From Octopus vulgaris (taxonomy: Eukaryota), in assembly GCA_951406725.2 (NCBI GenBank), contig OX597817.1:108748001-108812000 (forward strand): 64,000 bases of DNA, in the 5' to 3' direction. The position numbers and the translations under genes were made by a program. The number at the start of each line of letters is the position of its first letter. The first letter of the stretch is position 1. Shown in pieces: positions 51,400 through 64,000 of this stretch. The notes below the pieces were generated by a model. That model saw nothing but the letters and a program-made list of their open reading frames with translations. It was not told the DNA's origin and made no database searches.

Positions 51400-53125
51400 T
51401 AAATACAATAAACTTTGAAGGAAGGGAACATTGTTGTATGAATGAATTAGTTGTATTGCTATTGGGAACCTGACATAAGCGTGTATTGGACTAACGTTTC
51501 GGACGCTAGTCTATCATCAGGATGAAATAGAGACGCATAGACTATAAGGGGAAGTAAAATACTGAGTAAATAAAAATGAAGGAAAAAATTGAAAATTCCA
51601 CAGCAAAAAAGAATGAAAATAATTAAAATGGTGTAAGAACTGCAGGAGACGCCTGAAAAGTTAAATGCTCGAGAATATTGTTAAATTTTGGTGAAGTTGA
51701 GAATAAATGATTATGGAAATGCTTGAGTCAGTATTTCCAAGTTTGGAAGCGAGCATAAGGAATTATGATGTAGTCAAGTGCCATCTTGTTATAGTGTGTA
51801 GTTGTATAGATATAAGCAAGTGTGGCACTATGATCGCTGGTTAGTGGGTGTGTAGGGGTTATCTGTGAATTTGAAAATGTTAGGTATACTGTGTAAGAGC
51901 GTGTGCGGCTGTGTGAGCATATGTGTGTGTGAATGAATGAAGGTGTCGAAGAATTACTGTTGTTCTTTGAGAAAGTGAAAATGTTGACATGTGCATATAC
52001 AAATGGAAGAAAGCTGGAAATCCATTTCTTCAGATGTTTGACTGTGAAACAAAGAGCATTGTATTAAAAAGGTTGTAGGCGCAAAAATTCGATTACGAGG
52101 AGAAGTTCTGGAAGATCTAGTCCTGAGATGAAAAGGAAACTGTGAGAACAAAGTTTAATCAGAATAGAAGGAGAAATAACGTAGACGCTGGATGTTAAAA
52201 TGCAAAATGTTGGTGCGCAGGAGCTATGGACGAAGTGTATTGTCGCTGGTAGATGGAGTGAAGTATAAAAGAGCCGTTTTGAGAGAAAAATGGACACAAG
52301 AAAAGAAAAGCACTGGTGAAGAAACATGTGGAATGTAGGTGTTAATTGGTTCTACTGTAATTAACAAAGCAACGGTAGTGACATGTAGATGTGGGGAGAG
52401 ATGGTGATTCAAAGAGTGGAATGAAAAGAAGGAGTGCCATAGAATTAGTGAGTGTATGTGTAAAAGTGTATATGTGTACAAGAATGTGAAAATAGTAGGT
52501 GTATATGTGTGTCTGAGCACCGGTGTGTGTGTATATAAAAGCTGTAAATGTTTTAAAATGATATTATGTGAGGGAGGTGTAAGATATAGCTGGCAGAGGA
52601 AATGCAGGTAAAGCAAGTGAGGGTGAGTATTTAAAAATGTTCTGAGAAAGAAATTGAACTACTGTTCTCATTGGAAGCGGGAAGTAATGCGGTGCTGGAG
52701 GCGAATTCGTAGACTGAGTGGTATCAGGTGGAGTGGACGGCAGAGTGAAAATATCTAGCGACAGGCAACCCGTTGCTATTTCAATTATTTCTGATTTAAT
52801 CTGCGAGTGTCTCAGACAGTTTACGAGCGGTTTGTCTGATATAAATGGATTCGAAAACGGATAATTGGAGCAAGTAATGAATTTGATAAGGATGCAACGG
52901 AAAGTATACCGAATGTAGAAGATGTGGCGGTTGCATCCAGTGAGGGTGGCGGTGTTCGAAAGAAAATGTAGGCATGGCAACGGAGATCAGGGAGGGGATC
53001 CATAGGAAAGAACGCTGGACGAATAGACTGCGTAAGATGAGAGCATTTTTAAATAGGGATGTGGGAAACAGGAAATGAGAGGTGGAATTGTAGAAGATGA
53101 AGAAGGAAAGGCGGTTGGTCAAGCT
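51400..53125 (-). mobile_element. Decayed Penelope-like element: GIY-YIG region (about 52620-53120), 3' UTR and hammerhead (51488-51523)
   Basis: TLTGCNRHIFYIRYTFRC / SIYIRQTARKLSETLA / LPVARYFHS; minus strand CTGATGA tagactagcgtcc GAAA cgTT. Confidence 0.8.
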
Positions 53126-53264
53126 TCATACGCTAGATGTAAAGTCTGAAGTTCAGTTAGTGGCACGACCTCGAAAAAGGGTAGCTTGAACTTTTAGAAA
53201 AAGAAAAGTAATTTAACGATAAACAAAGGTTAGCGAGGGATGTCAACACGAGATAATCTGAACA

Positions 53265-53545
53265 GACTTTAGGGTTAGGTCTTACACTATAATATGTATT
53301 TAGAGTTAAGTAATTAAGTCAAGATTTAGGTTTAGGTGAAAGTGTGAATCTTGTGCAAGAATTCAGACTTAGGATATATGTTGAGTATTTAGGACTCCAG
53401 TTTGCGTTTAGAGTTAAATTTTGGGTTATTGTTTCGGATTATCGCAAGGATTCAAGATTAGGCCTGAAGTATACGATAAATGTTAAGGTTTAAATTTAGG
53501 CTTTAGTGTTAGGGTAATAATTAATGTCTTAAATTGGAGTTAAAG
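53265..53545 (+). repeat. Degenerate TTAGGG-like repeat tract
   Basis: Scattered ttagggttagg, ttaggtttagg and ttagagtta units. Confidence 0.45.
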
Positions 53546-54033
53546 GAAGAACAGGATTGAAAAATATCAAATTCCTGCAACTTTTAATGTTTTTAGAATC
53601 GTAATCACATCTGGTTAAGATATTCTACAGTAATTCTAAAAGAAAGTCATAACTTAAACATAATTTCTCAAACTTCTTAAAACGTTATCGTTATTTTTCC
53701 CGTACAACGCCAAATACTTCTGCTAGTTAGTCATAAAAAGATGTATGATATAATACAAAAACGTACATAGTATCATAAAAAAGCATCGATATTATTGATA
53801 AACACTATCTGTCTTCATATAACTCTCCTTGGATTTTACAATAAAGAGAGATGGTGTGGCAAGTTCACTCGGTAATAAATCAGATTTATTAGTGTCGTAG
53901 TTGAACGTTGGATGACAATTCAGTGTATAAATGGAAGCAAGAAAGACGTTAATGTGGATTATTAGTAGTGCATAGCAATTCCAATAAATGTTGTTAACTA
54001 TTCTCATTATTGTTCTGTATCCATTGCATACTT

Positions 54034-54127
<94 letters not shown>

Positions 54128-54817
54128 TATGTATGTATGTATATATATATATATACATACACACACACACACACGCATGCATACATGTGTGTGTGTGTGT
54201 GTGTGTGTACGCATCTATGTATATATTGTTGCGGTATAAATTGGCTAGCTGTTGTAGAAACCATTCCTTAGCTGTTTAAGCGCTTAAAAATAGCAGCTAA
54301 ATACCCATTATCAATTTGAAAACAGAGAGATTCATTCGACAATGTAACCCTTAAACATACTACGGTTAAATGAAAGATGACTTTGTCAGGCTGAAGTGCT
54401 TTTGACAATACTAATATTTCTCATTTTTTTTTTATCATTCATACGAGTTTGCGATGTCTTTATTAAAACTTCTTGTCAAACGTAAATCAAGAAAGGTAAC
54501 CAATGAACCAAGGAAAAACTATGTGAGTATAGTAGTCCAGAAGTTATTACGTGGGCCATTCTATTCTGCAAACAATAATGAAGTGTACTGCAGATGGTAT
54601 CTATAGATGGCATTTATACAAAGTTTGACAGAGCTGTTGAGAAGATACCCTTATCTTTAGTTTCAAACATTATAATTCGTCTTCTGATCGGTTAGTGGAC
54701 AAGTAATCTAGGCATTCAAAAGAGGAATTTGCTACCCTTAGTAGGACATTATTAGTGTGTGAGTGTGTGTGGGTGTGTATTGACACACACCCAGATATAT
54801 ATATGTGTGTGTGTGTC

Positions 54818-54855
<38 letters not shown>

Positions 54856-55084
54856 TACATACATGTATAATATATATATGTGTGTGCAATATAAATATAA
54901 CATATATTTGCATACGTATGTATGTGAAAATGTATATGTGTTTATATATATATATATGTATATATATTTATATATATATATTTACACACACACACACACA
55001 CACACACATACACACATATATATATATGTCAAAAGGATGTGTTATAATACTATTCCACTCTCTCACACACACATATGCATAGCT

Positions 55085-55265
55085 GAAATTTACAGGAAAA
55101 CAAATGACGGAGACAGGTGTATGAATAACAAGCAGGTGTATTAGTTTAACACCCGAGAAACAGAGAAAGACTTTTACGTTTCGAGCCTACGCCCTTCAAC
55201 AGAAAGGAATATGGGAAAATAAACTGAGAGAGAAAAGAAAAACTTGTGGATTTAGCGATCGAGCA
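55085..55265 (-). mobile_element. PLE-like family copy with CUGUUGA hammerhead motif (55171-55206)
   Basis: Minus strand: cttt CTGTTGA agggcgtaggctc GAAA cg TA aaag. Confidence 0.7.
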
Positions 55266-55575
55266 AGGCAGCTGGTTAGGAAAAAACAGATTTGACTGGA
55301 GAGGTAGAAAAAGAGAGATAACAAAACATAGATGATCCCAAAACGATGCGCGTACGTGTGTTTGTATGTGAGAATGTGTGCGTGTGTGTGGATAGGGCTG
55401 GTGACTTTATCGTGTGAATGTGTGCGTATATGTGTGCGTCTGTAATGTGTAGGTGTGTGTATGTGAGGATGATGGTGTGTGGGTCTGTGGGTGGAGCAAA
55501 GGGGCGAAGAGACACAGGCGGAAGTCTGGATGGCCCATGTGCAAAGACAATCCGAACACAGAGACATTGACATGC

Positions 55576-55612
<37 letters not shown>

Positions 55613-55616
<4 letters not shown>

Positions 55617-56866
55617 GTCGTCAAGTATGAAATTTGTAGTAAGGTATATGGTGAAATTTGACAGCTGCTCATTTTGCACCTTTATTTTATTTTGACACAT
55701 CTATTCCTTTATTCTATCTCATTTTGAGCTTTATAAAGTATTTATAAATCATTTTTGCTATTTTTCTTTAGAGATGGATAAGTCGGAAATTCGTACAGTT
55801 TTGAAATATGAGTTCTTTCTTGGAAATACAGCATCACAGACAGTTCGAAATATTAATGAGGTATTTCATTCTAATGTTATTATATAGCAGACAGTATCAA
55901 ATTGGTTTGCAAAATTTCGTTCTGGTAACTTTGACCTCACAAATGAGCAACGCGGTCGACCAGAAACAAAAGGTGGATAATGACAAACTGAAAGCCATCG
56001 TCGTGTCAGATCCATCTCAAAGTGCCCGTGAATTATCGTTGTTGTTTGCTGTTAGCAAGCAAGCAATATTGACTCACCTAGTTGAAATCGGTAAAGTGAA
56101 AAAGTTGGAAAAGTGGGTTCCACATGAACCCAATGAAAATCAGGAACAGCAACGTTTGGAAGCCTGCATTATGCTACTTTCTCGTCACAAAAATGATTCC
56201 TTCTTGAATCAAATTTTAACATGTGAGGAGAAATGGATCCAATACAACAACCGTAAACGTTCAGCACAATGGTTGGACAAAGACGAGCCACTAAAACACA
56301 GTCCAAAAGGCAAAATTCCTCAAAAGAAGCTGATGGTGTGTGTTTGGTAGTGCGGAGCAGGTGTGATCAATTACTGTTTCAATAAACCTGGCTCATTAAT
56401 TACGGCCGAATTATACTGTAGCCAATTGGACTAAATGATGCAGAAACCAAAAACAAAGCCTAGATTAGTCAACAAGATCCACTCCTATTTTATTGCAAGA
56501 CAACGCCAGACCACACAACGCAAAAATGACATTGGCGGAACTACAGGAGTTGGAGTTGGAAGTTCTCCATCATCCACCATACTTAACTGATCTTGCCCCC
56601 ACTGACTACTACTTCTTCCAGAATTTAGATAACTTTTTGATAGGAATAAATTAAATTCCGACGGTGCTGTAAAACAGGCCTTCCAAGATTTTATTGATTC
56701 TAAATTGCCAGGCTTTCACAGTTCCGGATTGAACAAGCTACCGCTGAAATGGCAAAAGCGTATTGACAACATGGGTGCATAATTTGATGAATAAAACTAT
56801 TCCTTTTATTCATAAAACATGAGCAATTTTTTTTCTTTTCTACAAATTACATCCTTGACGACTTAA
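55613..56866 (+). mobile_element. Full-length mariner transposon, decayed
   Basis: 27-bp TIRs ttaggtcgtcaagtatgaaatttgtag / ctacaaattacatccttgacgacttaa; about 1.25 kb; left end in (TA)n. Confidence 0.95.
55774..56794 (+). pseudogene. Mariner DDD transposase pseudogene
   Basis: MDKSEIR..., WVPHE, TCEEKW (first D lost), LLQDNARPH, HPPYLTDLAPTDY; stops and a frameshift. Confidence 0.95.
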
Positions 56867-57727
56867 TCTCGAGTACAACCAGCAGAAATTGAAAACACAA
56901 TGTGGAACTCGGCTGAGGATACAAAACTCCGAACGATCCGTCCTTGTTTTCCTTGTATCGTGTGTCTGGATATTTTGTTGTCCCTTTTTTGATTCACCTA
57001 ACTGTCTGGATGTTTTGTGTTCTTATCCCATTTTAGTATTTTCTATCTATATATATATAAAATATAGCGGCGTAGTACACTTTGGTCTCTATTGTTCTTT
57101 GTATTCTTTCATTCTTTCCTTCTATCAGCCGTTTTACACTTCGTTCATTCCACTCTTCGTTCTTTCGTTCCTCCTTTCTGACATTTCCTGGCCTTCTCTT
57201 CATACTCACTTTCCCTCGTCCAGTTCACTGTGTCACTTTCATTTTTCTCTCGCCCCTCCTTAATTCTTCTATCCCTCTGCCTCCACATCTTCCTCTTCTC
57301 TCCGCACGTGACCGGTGTTCGACCAGGCCTCACCTTTTGTTCTTGGTTGGACTACTGTCCGTGCAACATCTATATTCCTTCCTGTGCTTGTTAAATCTTA
57401 TATCCCTGCCGTACGGCTTTATTTCCACACACACCGGCTTAATTTAATTTAATTCATCCTTAGTCGAAAGACGCCTGTTATTATGTCCTGTTATTTGTAT
57501 TTGTGTAACATTTCCTGTTGGTTTTTTCGTCCTTGTTTTCGTATGCATGCGCGCAGCTTTCTTCCAAGGAATGTAAAGCTCTTAGCTTATTTTTTTCTTA
57601 GGGCTGGCCAGATTGGAGTAATCTCGAGTATAACCAGCCGAAATTGCAAAGATAATCTGGAACTCGACTGAGGATAGAAAGCTCCGAATGATCCGTCCTT
57701 GTATTCCTTGTATCGTCTGTCTGGATA
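56865..57727 (+). mobile_element. Element bounded by direct repeats of about 105 bp (pLTR-like)
   Basis: aatctcgagta...ccttgtatcgt.tgtctggata at 56865 and 57620; third copy at about 48082-48260. Confidence 0.6.
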
Positions 57728-57904
57728 AATATAATCAGCTATACTAATGCTCAGATTTATGTGCTCTTTTGACCTGTGATTTAGAAATTAGTATTCGACA
57801 AAAGAACGGAGTGTTTGCAAAATGGGTAGGTCGTCGAGCAAAATGCCTTGCGGTGTTTTGTAGCACCCTTTTATGTTTTAAGATCAAATTCTACTAAAGT
57901 CAAC

Positions 57905-58077
57905 TTGATGTTATTGTTGTTATTACTGCTGCTACTTCACCAACAACACCACCACCACCACTACCTCCTCCTCCTGTTACCCCTTCTTCTTCTTCTTCTT
58001 CTTCTTCTTCTTTATTACTACTACTACTTCCATCACCATCACCACCACAACTGTTGTTGCAGCAGCTGCTGCTGCAG

Positions 58078-58123
<46 letters not shown>

Positions 58124-58130
58124 TACTATT
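57905..58130. repeat. Compound trinucleotide repeat (CAC, CTT, CTA, CTG)
   Basis: Direct reading; appears to split a decayed family B SINE. Confidence 0.9.
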
Positions 58131-58849
58131 CACTGCGTGATTCCAGTACACACGACCACAAGTGTGCGTGCAATTTTAGGTAGCGTATTGAAAGTACCCT
58201 CCGTAATATATGAGCTGTATCTAGTGTTCGATAAAATATAATATAATACCAGTCACGTGTTTCGGTCGATTTAATTGCCTATAATCTCACAGAAGTGTTT
58301 GTGGCTATGAGCCAATGATAGAAATAAATATTATACTAAAATATTTTGAAATCTAGTTCTTATCAAGATACTGATTTATTATATCATATTTCTTCTTAGT
58401 TTTTAGAAAAATTATGAATCACTACTTATCAAAATACAAATGATGGAAAAGTAAACGAAAGAAGACCAATCCTAAGAGAGTGCAATATATTTTACTAACA
58501 GTCTGTATAGAATGTGATAATGCAATCTACAGACATAACATTCAGTATTGTAAAAGTATGGATGTTCTGCCTTTGATTATGGATTCTTTCTCGTTGATTA
58601 ATGAAGGCTAAACATGAACGCAGGCATGGTCACTTGGTTAAGAAGTTATCTGAGCAAATAGAAACATCTGCATTCAATAATACTGCCGGAACACATTGAG
58701 TAAGCGTGTTCTATATCTACAATCGATGTAAACCTTAGGAATGAACGTTTGTTGCACTTTTAAATATGTGTCTGTGCTCGTGTGTGTGAGTCTGCAAGTG
58801 TGTGAATTTGTGTGTGCCTATCTGTCTGTATGTATTCATGTATTTTTTA

Positions 58850-59155
58850 TTTATTTATGCACCCATTTTCAAGCCTAGCCAGGCTCATGGTCCCGGTTTC
58901 CTGGTTTCTGTGGCGTATGTGTTCACCCCAGCTGGACGGGACGCCAGTCCATCGCAGCTTTACTCAAGAAACAAGAAGAGTGAGAGAAAGTCGGGCGAAA
59001 GAGTACAACAGGGGTCGCCGCCACCCCCTGCCGGAGCCTCGTGCAGCTTTAGGTGTTTTCGCTCAATAAACACACACAACGCCCGGTCTGGGAATCGAAA
59101 CCGCGATCCCTCGACCGCGAGTCCGCTGCCCTAACCACTGGGCCATTGCGCCTCC
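58850..59155 (-). mobile_element. SINE family C, tail type 2
   Basis: Head near-identical to 19455; different 3' half shared with 11150-11330. Confidence 0.92.
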
Positions 59156-59168
59156 ACATGTATTCATG

Positions 59169-59814
59169 TATAGGCATCTTAAAAAGTAAGGAAAGCACAA
59201 CATTCCATTTAACTATTTTTTGCATTGGCAATATAATTCAAAAGTGTTCATAAGTGTATAAATTTGGATACGCATTATGTGTGCCTTGTACTTAGTGGTA
59301 GAGCCGTTTACTTTTCATTTTCAAAGAGGACAAATTGTTGGAGCGTGAATGGATGGAACTTCAATAATTAATAGTACTGAATGGTTTAATATTTTGAGAG
59401 GTGCAGTCTCCAGAATCAAGTTAACATTTCAAAAGTAAAGTAAAACCAGTTCTGGCAAGCATAATTCTCGACGAATGGCAAAATTCAATGAGCGGGAACG
59501 CAGAACACCAAAACATATTGTGTCTGGAAACTATCGAACTATGGCTGCAAGAGTGACAGTAGAGCTAAACTACTACCCAACCCTATACTCTTTTACTCTT
59601 TTACTTGTTTCAGTCATTTGACTGCGGCCATGCTGGAACATCGCCTTTTTTAATCGAGCAACTCGACCCCGGGACTTATTCTTTTGTAAGCCCAGTACTT
59701 ATTCTATCGGTCTCTTTTGCCGAACCGCTAAGTAACGGGGACATAAACACACCAGCATCGGTTGTCAAGCAATGCTAGAGGGACAAACACAGACACACAA
59801 ACACACACACATAC

Positions 59815-59875
<61 letters not shown>

Positions 59876-60824
59876 CATATATACGATGGGCTTCTTTCAG
59901 TTTCCGTCTACCAAATCCACTCACAAGGCTTTGGTCGGCCCGAGGCTATAGTAGAAGACACTTGCCCAAGGTGCCACGCAGTGGGACTGAACCCAGAACC
60001 ATGTGGTTGGTAGACAAGCTACTTACCACACAGCCACGGTAAACAAAATCATTCGTCGTTAGCTCCATAAAGCTGGATATCAATAAAGGGTTGCAATTAC
60101 GAAGCCTCTCCTGTTCTCCATCAACTCTGGGAAAACGGTGTCTAGAATATCAGATGTAGTCAATGGCTCAGTGGGATAATATAATTTTCTCTGATGGATC
60201 ATTATTCACCCATTTTCCCACTTCGGAACGAGTTTTTTGTTTGAAGCAGCACAAACAAATCGTCAATCCCAAATGTTCGACTCCCTACCAAAAAGCATGG
60301 AAACGGCCCTGAGATGAATTGGACAACCTTATCGACTAATTCCACTAACCTATTCGTCGTTCAACATGGTAGAATTAACGCCAAAGATTATCTGAGTATT
60401 TTGGCTGATTATGTCCATTCTATAATGCAAACCTTGTTCTATGGTGGTAGCACAATCCACCAGGACGATAAATCACCAACTTAAAAGGCAAATAATTTTA
60501 CAAATTTACGCACAAAATGCAGCTGTCACTTCAAGTAATCTTCAAAACTGCCGGAATTCAATATAATCGAACCTTTATGGGACATTTTAGAGCAGTAAAG
60601 TGAAGATCTGCTTCCCTCCACTATCGTCACTGAAAGAACTGATGTAGGTTTTATTTGAGGAATGATTAAAATTTAACATAAAAATCGTTCAGAACCTGCA
60701 CGAATCAATTTTTCGATGTATTAATGCTTTGACTGATGTTTAAGGTACACTAAAAATGTATTAAGTTAGAAACTTAGAAACTTCCATTTAACACGGTGTT
60801 TCCATTATATTGTCTATCTCCTAT
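59169..60824 (+). mobile_element. Decayed Tc1-like transposon interrupted by a SINE
   Basis: FQRGQIVGA, VAITKPLL, WDNIIFSDGS, HQDDKSP, FNIIEPLWDIL; right TIR ggtgtttccattatattgtc; left TIR degenerate. Confidence 0.85.
59587..60037 (-). mobile_element. Young SINE family A copy
   Basis: Complete tail ctcttttactcttttacttg and internal (TA)n/(CA)n. Confidence 0.93.
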
Positions 60825-60855
60825 ATACATATACATACATACATTCATACATACA

Positions 60856-60918
<63 letters not shown>

Positions 60919-61131
60919 ATAATAATAATAATAATATTAGGGAGTATGGCTCCAAACTTACAGGGAAAAAATTAATATATATATATTATTATATAAATTA
61001 TATTTATATTTTTTGTTATTTATGTATTGGTTTATGTCTATCACTGTTTGAGTTGCCTAATAGTGGTTTTATCTCTAATTTAATTTATATATATATATAT
61101 ATATATATGTATGCATATATATATTAATATG

Positions 61132-61252
<121 letters not shown>

Positions 61253-61279
61253 GTATATATATGTATATGTATATATATG

Positions 61280-61313
<34 letters not shown>

Positions 61314-62139
61314 TATGATAGGTTACTATAACAACATCAGTAAGCACATGTCACTATTCTCTTTCACATATTTGAGCAAGGCTAGCAGGTAATATCAGAC
61401 AATGCTTTATCCCAGTTACATTACACACACACACTCACACACACACACACACACATACACACACACACACACGCACGCACGCACGTACGCGCGCACACAC
61501 ACACACACTGACACACACACATTAGCAATAATTATAATGATATAAACATGGAGACTTGTTCATCTTCAAAACTTATTTTTCTCTTATTTTACAATTTTGT
61601 ACACCATATTATGATGGTCTTTATGATCTATACGCGTTTCCGCTGCACAAATTACAAGCAGTCGTATTACAGCATTGCGATCATACAAATGGTCGATAAA
61701 TGAACAAGAGCAAGGTAATTGATCATGCAGGAAACGGAAATATACAAAGCGAAACGAACATAGAATACAGAATGTCTTACGAACAAGAGGGGTAATAATA
61801 AAAGTTGTGTGAAATACAACGAAGATACCATACGAAACGAGCAGAGAAATATATGCGGGCTTACGACTTCATTTAGATGGAAATAATACAAAATAAAAGA
61901 AACAATTAGATAGGTTACCATGCAACCTATCTATGTATTTTCTATGTAGTCGATAAATAAAATAACGCTTGGTGAATGCATTATAGACTTAAATATTAAA
62001 CTGGAAGTGATAGAAAAAGGCAGCTAGTTGTGAGAGCAGACAAAATCACTTCCTCACCAGCTTTCGAATGATGTCACCTCGTTGCCTAGGTGGGCTGGCT
62101 AACATCTCCCTGGGTGCAGTGTTTAGTCTATGTCAGGGT

Positions 62140-62256
62140 TACCCTGAACAACGTGAAAGGAAATGCTTTGCTCAAGAATACAACGCACCACCGAATCGAA
62201 ACCACTATCTTGCGATAATGAGTGCAACATCCTAACCACCAGGCCATGCATCTTCA
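62140..62256 (-). mobile_element. Decayed SINE head, family D-like
   Basis: Minus strand tgaagatgcatggcctggtggttagg...ggtttcgattc...ttcttgagcaaagc. Confidence 0.55.
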
Positions 62257-62831
62257 AATAATGAAACACACACACATACACGCGCGCGCGCATGAACACA
62301 CACACACACACACACACACACGAGTGCATGTATTTGTGTGTATTAATCCTTTTATATTAAAGTAAGTTAAAGAATTTAATCGCTCATGTAGGAATTGATT
62401 GCAAATACTGAAAGGCTTGTGTACCTTTTGTTCTCCATCGCAACTATCAACGATTTCAGCCAACTAAGAACCCTTTCACTCAGCGATTCTCAACACCTTA
62501 TTTGTTGTTTCCTTCCACGATTTCAAGTATTCTGTCATTTACCTCTTTACCCCTATGCAAAAACACTGGCTAAATTAACACTGTATTTAGATGTTCATTC
62601 TACTTCCAAAAAGCATCAAGCTATTTTCTCAGACTTTGTCCCAATTTACGTATTTCCAGCGCATAAAAAAATAAATCTGATAAATTGAGACTAGAAAAAA
62701 TATTACAAAGACTCTTCTATCACCGTTTTATATTTTGTGTTCCGTAGTAATATGGTCTCATATTAAATCAAACATCATAATGATGTTACTCGATCGATTA
62801 CTAATTTTATCATTACACCCATATATGTATG

Positions 62832-62874
<43 letters not shown>

Positions 62875-62962
62875 ATGTGCGTGTATGTGTGTGTCTATGT
62901 GTATTCATGTACACACACACAAACATACATATATATATGTATATATGTATGTATACACACAT

Positions 62963-63029
<67 letters not shown>

Positions 63030-63280
63030 CACACCACTTTATCTGACACTGCTATGTCTATATATGCCACAGACAACAGACAAATTGCTTGGTTGTGTTT
63101 GCTTAAATGCATTTACAGAACTGCAAACTTTCGTCACTATCTCTTCTATGACATTAGTAATCAGCAATTATACGATCAACCAGCCAGTTAGCGAAGCTGT
63201 GATTTCAGTGATAGTGCATCAGAAAAAGGATAAAGATAAAATGATCAATTACAATTATCAATATTTGTATTGTATTGAAT

Positions 63281-63400
63281 GGGGCGAGCTGGTAGAATCG
63301 TTAGCGCGCCGGGCACAATACTTAGCCGCATTTCGTCTGTCTATGTTCTGAGTTGAATTTTTTCCGAGGTCGACTTTGCCTGTCATCCTTTCGGGGTGGA
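63281..63400 (+). mobile_element. 3'-truncated SINE family B
   Basis: ggcgagctggtagaatcgttagc...gtcgactttgcctgtcatcctttcgggg. Confidence 0.85.
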
Positions 63401-63659
63401 CTCAAAATCTCTCCTCGATCACCACCAGCAGCAAAACTACCACCAACGTACCACCTCCAAACCACCACCACTAGCATGCAACTACTAGTGATTTCAGATT
63501 ACTTTTAATTTCAGGTTACCTCCCAGTAACTGGAGTTATATTATCAAGAGATAGAACAAATTTGAAATGATGCTTGTAGAGTGGTAATGCTTTATGTGAA
63601 TGGTTTACTGCTCCAGAAGAAGAGGGAGCAGGTAAAGGATCCACAGTTAGTGTGGCAAA

Positions 63660-64000
63660 GGATGAAAAAACTATGATCCGGAAGATCAAGCAGAATGTAG
63701 TTGCATCTGGAAGAAGATAGCGATAAGATTACTCATGGAAGAAGTGGGATGTAACAGAATTAGATTGGAAGAAACGGAAATGGTGAAGGATGGTGCATTA
63801 GAGACGTAAGGTGACAATCGTGGTTGTGGAGAAAAGTCACTTGGTGGTATATTCGTTTCAAGGCATTGGAATGAGACACTGTCAACAACGCAGGCATGAT
63901 GGCATAAAAAAAAAATCGACGTTGGGTTGAAAATAAGCAACTTTTGTGAAGCAGCGAACCGTCTGGTGCGGCTGGGCAATGAAAGAAATAGTTGCGAAGA
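63660..64000 (-). pseudogene. Possible decayed N-terminal part of a PLE ORF running off the window
   Basis: VRCFTKVAYF..., SCLRC..LIP resembles the PLE N-terminal FL..CL....IP motif. Confidence 0.3.

Noticed and set aside
55808-56350. 180-aa ORF as an intact gene
   Set aside because: The N-terminal part is out of frame; it is a piece of the frameshifted mariner transposase
57663-57700. CTGAGGA...GAAT motif in the direct-repeat family (also 56912, 48138)
   Set aside because: GAAA is absent in all three copies and stem I cannot be drawn convincingly

Overview
AT-rich, microsatellite-saturated eukaryotic non-coding DNA. It is most likely an octopus (coleoid cephalopod) intron or intergenic region; this is inferred from the tRNA-derived SINE families and the (TA)n/(CA)n density, not from a database hit. 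I found no confident host exon, and nearly all ORFs in the track are translations of simple repeats or SINEs. The window holds four SINE families (labelled A-D here). It also holds decayed mariner, Tc1, R4/Dong-clade and possible MULE relics, a Merlin-like MITE, a perfect palindrome element, and a 1.1-kb zinc-knuckle ORF1-only retro-insertion inside a SINE head. The strongest signal is a dense set of Penelope-like element (PLE) remnants: three GIY-YIG endonuclease fragments, repeated inverted terminal duplications, and about 15 minimal type-I hammerhead ribozyme motifs, many next to (TA)n. Across these hammerheads the tertiary 3-8 core pair appears in all four Watson-Crick forms (C-G, U-A, G-C, A-U). 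One family carries a non-canonical CUGUUGA core. Coordinates were counted by eye, and the ends of decayed elements are approximate.
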